Assembly: GCA_041394245.1 (NCBI GenBank)
Contig: JAWKIR010000004.1
Coordinates: 2,797-66,796, forward strand
DNA from: Acidimicrobiales bacterium
Lineage (GTDB): Bacteria > Actinomycetota > Acidimicrobiia > Acidimicrobiales > Aldehydirespiratoraceae
Direction of reading: 5' to 3'
DNA length: 64,000 nucleotides
Shown here: positions 52,941 to 64,000 of the stretch, one piece after another
Position numbering within the stretch: position 1 is the first letter of the stretch
Layout: each line of letters starts with the position of its first letter
Position numbers and translations under genes: made by a program
Notes under the pieces: model-generated
What the model saw: only the letters and a program-made list of their open reading frames with translations
Databases searched by the model: none
What the model was told of the DNA's origin: nothing

Positions 52941-55271
52941 ATGGGAATCGACGTGAGCGGAGAGGCGCTCGATGGCCGAGACGTTCTCGGCCTGTGGGTC
53001 GACGCGCACGGGCCGTTGGACGCGGCGAAGCAGGCTGCGTTTCTGGCTCGGCCCGAGCTCGACGAGTTCCGGCGAATGGATCGAGACACCGTCAGAACGG
53101 CGATCGGGTCCTCGCCGAAGCTGGCGGAGGCGCTCGAGCACGCTCGCGCGCTGATCGGCACGAGACGGCACCCCGGCGAGCGAACCGATGACCGAAAAGG
53201 CGACCCGGGCGACTTCGACGGTGAAGCCCACCGACACCTCGCGGCCCTCACCCAGCGAAGCGATGCCGAGTTCCGTGCCGGGCAGCTCGACGCGATCCGT
53301 GCCCTGGTCGTCGACCGTCGGCGCACGCTCGTGGTGCAGCGCACCGGCTGGGGCAAGTCGGCCGTCTACTTCCTGGCGACCCGCATGCTGCGCGACCGCG
53401 GTGCGGGCCCGACCCTGCTCGTCTCGCCGCTCATCGCCCTGATGGACAACCAGGTGCAGGCCGCGGCCCGGATGGGTCTGCGGGCGGCCATCGTCAACTC
53501 CACGAACCGCGACGAGTGGGACGACATCAGGGCGCGGATGGAGAACAACGAGATCGACCTGCTCCTCATCGCCGAGCAGCGCCTGTCGAACCCGAAGTTC
53601 CGCGACGAATGGCTCGACCGGATGGAGAGCCGCATCGGTCTCGTGGTGGTCGACGAGGTCCACTGCATCAGCGACTGGGGTCACGACTTCCGGCCGCACT
53701 ATCGGCGGATCGGGTCGTTCCTGGCCGGCCTGCCGGCGACGCTTCCGGTGATCGGTTGCACGGCGACGGCCAACGATCGGGTGGTGGCCGACGTCGAGAG
53801 CCAGCTGGGCGACGACATCCTCACGATCCGCGGTGGGCTCGGCCGGGAGGGTCTGCGACTCGAAGTCCACACCGACAAGCGTCGGCCCGACGCTCGTCTC
53901 GCCTGGCTCGCCGAGAACGTGCCGAACCTGCCGGGCAGTGGGATCGTCTATTGCCTCACGCGGCGTGATGTCGAGGTCGTGGCCGCCTTTCTGCGCGACC
54001 ACGGCATCCGCTGCGCCCAATACGTCGGCGGTGGACCCGAGGACGAGGTGGCCGAGAAGCGCGCCGTGCTCGACGCGTTCCTCGGCAACGAGATCAAGTG
54101 CGTCGTCGCCACGTCGGCGCTGGGCATGGGCTACGACAAGCCCGACGTGGGGTTCGTGGTGCACTTCCAGATGCCGCAGAGCCCGATCGCCTACTACCAG
54201 CAGGTGGGTCGTGCCGGTCGTGCGCTCGACGAGAGCTACGGCATCCTCCTCAGCGGATCGGAAGACCGTGACATCCAGGACTGGTTCATCGGCCAGGCGT
54301 TCCCGGCCGAGGAGGAGGTCGACAGCATCCTCGCTGCAGTCGAACAATCGGAGGAACCGGTGCGTCGCGGTCAGCTCGCAGCCCGGGTCAACATCGCGAC
54401 CGGTCGACTCGACAACCTGATGGTGCAGCTCGAGGTCGAGGGCATCGTCGCCAAGGACGGCACCGGCTGGGTGCGCACCGCCACGCCATGGGTCTACCCC
54501 CGCGAACGCGTCGACCAGGTCAACGGGTGGCGGCGCGCCGAACAGGCCGCGATGGAGGAGTACCAGCGCATCGACAGCTGCCGCATGCAGTACCTGCGGG
54601 CCCAGCTCGACGACCCCGCCGGCGAGCCGTGTGGCGTGTGCGACAACTGTCGTGCCGCCCGGTTCGGCACCGCACCCGATCCTGGCGTGGTGACCGAGGC
54701 CGGAGTCCGGCTGCTCCACGACCATGTGGAGATCCCGCCACGCAAGCAGTGGGCTGCGGAGGTCGATGGCGTCTCGGGACGGATTCCGGCCGACGAGCAG
54801 GCGGCCCCCGGCTGGTGTCTGGCCCGCTGGGGTCAGTCCGGATGGGGTCCGCTGATCCGGCAGGGGAGAGACGACGGCGAGTACGCCGACGAGCTGGTCG
54901 ATGCGTTGGCCGCGGCCTGTGTGTCGCAGATCTCGCCGATGCCGGCCTGGTTGACCTTCGTGCCGTCGGAGCGGCGTCCCGAATCGGTGTCTTCGCTGGC
55001 CCAGCGCCTCGGGGAGCGGCTGTCGGTGCCGGTGGTCGAAGCGGTGAGGCAGATCCGGCCGACCGAACCTCAGGCGAGCATGCACAACTCGACGGCCCAG
55101 CTCCGCAATCTGTGGGGCGCCTACGCGGTCGGTGAAGTACCCGAGGGTGACTGCCTGCTGCTCGACGACCTGATCGACAGTCGGTGGACGGTCACCGTCG
55201 TGGCTCGCGAGTTGCGGCGGGCCGGATGCGAACGGGTCGTGCCGATCGCCCTCGCCGCCATGGGGCAGTGA
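52941..55271 (+). CDS. recQ: RecQ-family ATP-dependent DNA helicase with C-terminal phosphoribosyltransferase/ComF-like extension
   Basis: FRAGQLDAI, Walker A TGWGKSAVY, DEVHCISDWGHDFRP, and the Zn-finger cluster C...CGVCDNC. The C-terminal ~200 aa end in CLLLDDLIDSRWTVTVVARELRRAG (PRPP-loop-like). Start uncertain (ATG 52941 or 53076). Confidence 0.8.
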   Translation: MGIDVSGEALDGRDVLGLWVDAHGPLDAAKQAAFLARPELDEFRRMDRDTVRTAIGSSPKLAEALEHARALIGTRRHPGERTDDRKGDPGDFDGEAHRHLAALTQRSDAEFRAGQLDAIRALVVDRRRTLVVQRTGWGKSAVYFLATRMLRDRGAGPTLLVSPLIALMDNQVQAAARMGLRAAIVNSTNRDEWDDIRARMENNEIDLLLIAEQRLSNPKFRDEWLDRMESRIGLVVVDEVHCISDWGHDFRPHYRRIGSFLAGLPATLPVIGCTATANDRVVADVESQLGDDILTIRGGLGREGLRLEVHTDKRRPDARLAWLAENVPNLPGSGIVYCLTRRDVEVVAAFLRDHGIRCAQYVGGGPEDEVAEKRAVLDAFLGNEIKCVVATSALGMGYDKPDVGFVVHFQMPQSPIAYYQQVGRAGRALDESYGILLSGSEDRDIQDWFIGQAFPAEEEVDSILAAVEQSEEPVRRGQLAARVNIATGRLDNLMVQLEVEGIVAKDGTGWVRTATPWVYPRERVDQVNGWRRAEQAAMEEYQRIDSCRMQYLRAQLDDPAGEPCGVCDNCRAARFGTAPDPGVVTEAGVRLLHDHVEIPPRKQWAAEVDGVSGRIPADEQAAPGWCLARWGQSGWGPLIRQGRDDGEYADELVDALAAACVSQISPMPAWLTFVPSERRPESVSSLAQRLGERLSVPVVEAVRQIRPTEPQASMHNSTAQLRNLWGAYAVGEVPEGDCLLLDDLIDSRWTVTVVARELRRAGCERVVPIALAAMGQ

Positions 55272-55277
55272 GGCGAG

Positions 55278-55748
55278 TCAGCCGGTTGCGATGTAGGTCG
55301 CGGCGAGTCCGAGCACGCCGGCGAACAGCAGGACGACCGACACGACCACGAGCCGTACTGCTTCGGTGAACCGCAACGACAACCGGCCTTCGAGCCCGAC
55401 CAGCTCATTGGAGATGTAGCGCTCCATCTGATCGAAGCGATTGTCGTGTTGGCGGAAGCGCCCATCGATCAGATCGAGTCGACCGTCGATCTGATCGAAG
55501 CGATCGTTGACCTGTTCGAAGCGATCGTTGACCTGTTCGAAGCGATCGTTGACCTGTTCGAAGCGATCGTCGACCTGTCGAAAGCGGGCGTCGATGCGCT
55601 GTTCGAGCGTGGTCAGGTCGCTCTTGGTGGCGATCTCGGACCACGGGATGGGCGGCATGGACTCCATGATGGCATCTGCCAGCTCTTCGTTCATCAGTTC
55701 GACGAAGTGCTGTCGGATGAGAAGGCGGGTGCGTTCGTCGGCTGGCAT
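55278..55748 (-). CDS. tail-anchored coiled-coil protein with heptad tandem repeats
   Basis: RFRQVDDRFEQVNDRFEQVNDRFEQVNDRFDQIDGRLDLIDGRF followed by a C-terminal TM helix (VVVSVVLLFAGVLGLAATYI). Confidence 0.7.
   Translation of the reverse strand: MPADERTRLLIRQHFVELMNEELADAIMESMPPIPWSEIATKSDLTTLEQRIDARFRQVDDRFEQVNDRFEQVNDRFEQVNDRFDQIDGRLDLIDGRFRQHDNRFDQMERYISNELVGLEGRLSLRFTEAVRLVVVSVVLLFAGVLGLAATYIATG
55480..55584. repeat. 21-bp tandem repeat array: 3 perfect copies (55501-55563) flanked by 2 degenerate copies
   Basis: The unit is cgatcgttgacctgttcgaag. In frame, it encodes DRFEQVN. Confidence 0.9.
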
Positions 55749-55854
55749 CTCGTACTCCCTCGGGTTCGCCCTGGAGGCGGGTGACGAAGGCTCCTGAGAG
55801 GCCGGGAGCGAGCTGAGACGAGCGTAGCGAGGGGGTGTGACGCGGGGAGTGGAC

Positions 55855-56331
55855 TCAGATGTCGGTGTCGATCAACAATGCGGCGAGGTCGAGGGCGCTC
55901 AGGATGCCGACGAGCTTGCCGCCATCGGTGACGAGCACCCGGTGGAGGCGCCCGGAGACCATGGCCTCGGCGGCAACCGAGATGTCGTCGGCGGGAGCGA
56001 CCGTGACAGGGAGCTCGGTCATGGCCTCGGCGACGGTCATCTCGACCATCCGGTCGGCGATGGCGGCACGGTTGCGGGAGATCTCGGCGAGGGCCGGCAG
56101 CGGGATGGGGAACGGGCTCAGCAGGAACTGCGATACCTCGGTGGTGGCGACCTGATGGTCGTAGAGCACCCGCACCACGTCGGACTGCGAGATCACGCCG
56201 ACGACGATCCCGCCATCGAGCACCGGTGCGCCCGAGATGCCGTGGGTGGTGAAGAGGTGGTCGACATCCTTCAGCGTCATCTCGGGTGACGCCGTCACCA
56301 CCTCGTCGGTCATCAGGTCGGCTACCAGCAT
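55855..56331 (-). CDS. CBS-domain pair protein
   Basis: Two CBS motifs (MTDEVVTASPEMTLKDV...GAPVLD and MTELPVTVAPADDI...RVLVTDGGKLVGILS). Confidence 0.8.
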   Translation of the reverse strand: MLVADLMTDEVVTASPEMTLKDVDHLFTTHGISGAPVLDGGIVVGVISQSDVVRVLYDHQVATTEVSQFLLSPFPIPLPALAEISRNRAAIADRMVEMTVAEAMTELPVTVAPADDISVAAEAMVSGRLHRVLVTDGGKLVGILSALDLAALLIDTDI

Positions 56332-56400
56332 GAGAGAACCTCCGGTTCCCTTCCGACACTAGGCACGCGAGGCGTCGTCGACCCGGGACCAAGGGCCCGA

Positions 56401-57401
56401 TCAGCTCGGTGGTGCGTAGCTCGTGAGCGTCTTCATGTAGTTGGCCCGCTCGAATGCGACCGGGTCCGGTACCGACGCCTGGCTGACACTGCCCCGAGCC
56501 TGCTGCAGCGAGTCGTAGTCGCGTTCGGTGAACCACCGTTGAACCTCGTCGAGGACGGCCGTCAGGTGCGTCGGTCCATGGCGCAACAGCGCCGAGGTCA
56601 TCATCGTCACCTGGGCGCCGGCCAGCAGGAGCTTGACCACGTCGTCGGCAGTGTGGACACCGGTGGTCGCCGCGAGGTCGGCGTCGACCCGGCCGGCCAT
56701 GATGGCGATCCAGCGGAGCGTGAGGCGCATCTCGCTGCTCGTGCTGAGCTCGAGGTCGGACGCGACGTCGAGGGTGCGCAGGTCGATGTCGGGTTGGTAG
56801 AAGCGGTTGAAGACGACGAGCGCATCGGCCCCGGCTTCGGACAGCCGCCGGGCCATGTTGGCCGGTGAGCTGAAGTGCGGCCCGATCTTGACGGCCAGGG
56901 GGAGATCGACCGCCGCCCGCACCCCGTCGACCAGGCGGAGATAGCGATCCTCGACCTCGCGGCCGGTGGCGTCGGGGTCGGCGGCCACGAGATAGATGTT
57001 GAGCTCGAGTGCATCGGCGCCACGATCCTGGAACGCCTTCGCATAGGCGGTCCAGCCGCCGTCGGTCGTGCCGTTGAGGCTGGCGATGACAGGGATGCGG
57101 AGCTCGTCCTTGGCGCGTGTCACCAGATCGAGGTGGTCCTCGACCCCGGACTCGTCGCCGCCGATGTCGGGGAGATAGCCGCCCGATGCCTCGACATTGA
57201 AGTCGGCCCCGGCGACCGAAAGGTGGTCGAAGGCCCAGGCGTGGTGCTCGATCTCCTCCTCGAACAGCGACGGCAGGACCACCGCGGCGGCGCCGGCCGC
57301 CTCGAGCGCCAGGAGCGAATCGATCGAACCGGTGAGGGGCGATGCCGACGCCACGATCGGGTGATCGAGGTTGAGGCCCATGTAGTGCGTGTAGAGATCG
57401 G

Positions 57402-57405
<4 letters not shown>
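56401..57405 (-). CDS. dihydroorotate-dehydrogenase-like protein (PFOR-associated)
   Basis: TIM-barrel DHOD/DHPD-like pattern (MGLNLDHPIVASASPLT...ELNIY...VFNRFYQPDID). GTG 57405 overlaps the PFOR stop (GTGA). Confidence 0.75.
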
Positions 57406-60983
<3,578 letters not shown>

Positions 60984-61066
60984 TCGTGGCACCTCCGGAC
61001 CTTCGACCCTGTGGTCGGTCGTTCCCGGCGTCTTCACTGGGCTCGTACCGCCAGGAAGGACTCGCC

Positions 61067-61496
61067 ATGGCCCCCGCTCCCACCCCTGATTCCGCCGCCC
61101 CCGAGCCGGTGGCGATCGATCTCGTCAACCACACCGGCGTGCTCGATCGGACCACCTGCATCGAGCTGATCGAGTCGACGCCGATCGGCCGGATCGGTTT
61201 CCAGGTCGACGGGGCGCCGATGGTCCTCCCGGTCAACTTCGCCTGGTCCGAGGAAACGATCGTGTTCCGGACGTTGGAGGGAATGAAGCTGGCCGCAGCG
61301 GCGGACGAACAGGCCGTCTGTTTCGAGGTCGATCGCTGGGACGAATCGGCACGGTCCGGTTGGAGTGTGGTCGTGACCGGCGTCGCGAGGGAGGTCACCG
61401 AGTGGGCCGAACGCGAGCTGCTCGAGCAGATCGGACTCGTGCCCTGGGCCCGCGAGGCGTGGCGGACGATGTGGGTGCGGATCGAGCCGAACGACA

Positions 61497-61519
<23 letters not shown>
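61067..61519 (+). CDS. pyridoxamine 5'-phosphate oxidase-family (FMN/F420-binding split-barrel) protein
   Basis: GRIGF...PMVLPVNFAW...IVFRT...SVVVTG pattern. AGGAAGGA RBS before ATG 61067. Confidence 0.7.

Positions 61520-64000
<2,481 letters not shown>

Noticed and set aside
52920-55085. 721-aa minus-strand ORF
   Set aside because: Shadow ORF opposite the RecQ gene, which carries unambiguous helicase motifs.
55480-55584. 21-bp repeat array as a possible CRISPR array
   Set aside because: The repeats are contiguous, with no spacers, and lie in frame within a coiled-coil CDS. No cas genes are nearby.

Overview
Strongly GC-rich, gene-dense chromosomal DNA with Actinomycetota-style coding: GC3-rich codons, GTG starts, and many ATGA/GTGA stop-start overlaps. 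I support about 58 protein-coding genes. I found no rRNA, tRNA or CRISPR array. All product calls come from reading motifs in the supplied translations; no database search was run, so family names are recognition-level inferences.

Layout:
- 1-9 kb: a cellulose-synthase-like GT2-PilZ gene with a lipoprotein, and a secreted TIM-barrel glycosidase-like protein with three SLH-like repeats.
- 9-20 kb: a nine-gene, mostly overlapping minus-strand oxidative/acyl-CoA operon, divergent from a fused double acyl-CoA dehydrogenase.
- 20-31.5 kb: miscellaneous envelope, metal and transport genes, plus a sigma-like/HTH pair behind two GTGACAT palindromes.
- 31.6-46.9 kb: a GntR/FadR regulator followed by a family-5 ABC importer and an unusual enzyme set. 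Its promoters carry five copies of an AT-rich ATCAT-N4-ATGAT-ACGA box. This is the best candidate here for an uncharacterised catabolic regulon.
- 47-49.1 kb: a decayed sugar-binding-protein pseudogene interrupted by an IS481-family element. A 16-bp tandem duplication frameshifts the element's own transposase.
- 49-64 kb: membrane proteins, a CHAD protein, a RecQ helicase with a C-terminal PRTase/ComF-like extension, a tail-anchored coiled-coil protein with 21-bp tandem repeats, and a pyruvate node (PFOR translationally coupled to a dihydroorotate-dehydrogenase-like protein, a PPOX-family protein, and PPDK running off the window).

Most long antisense ORFs in the track are GC-driven shadow ORFs and were rejected.
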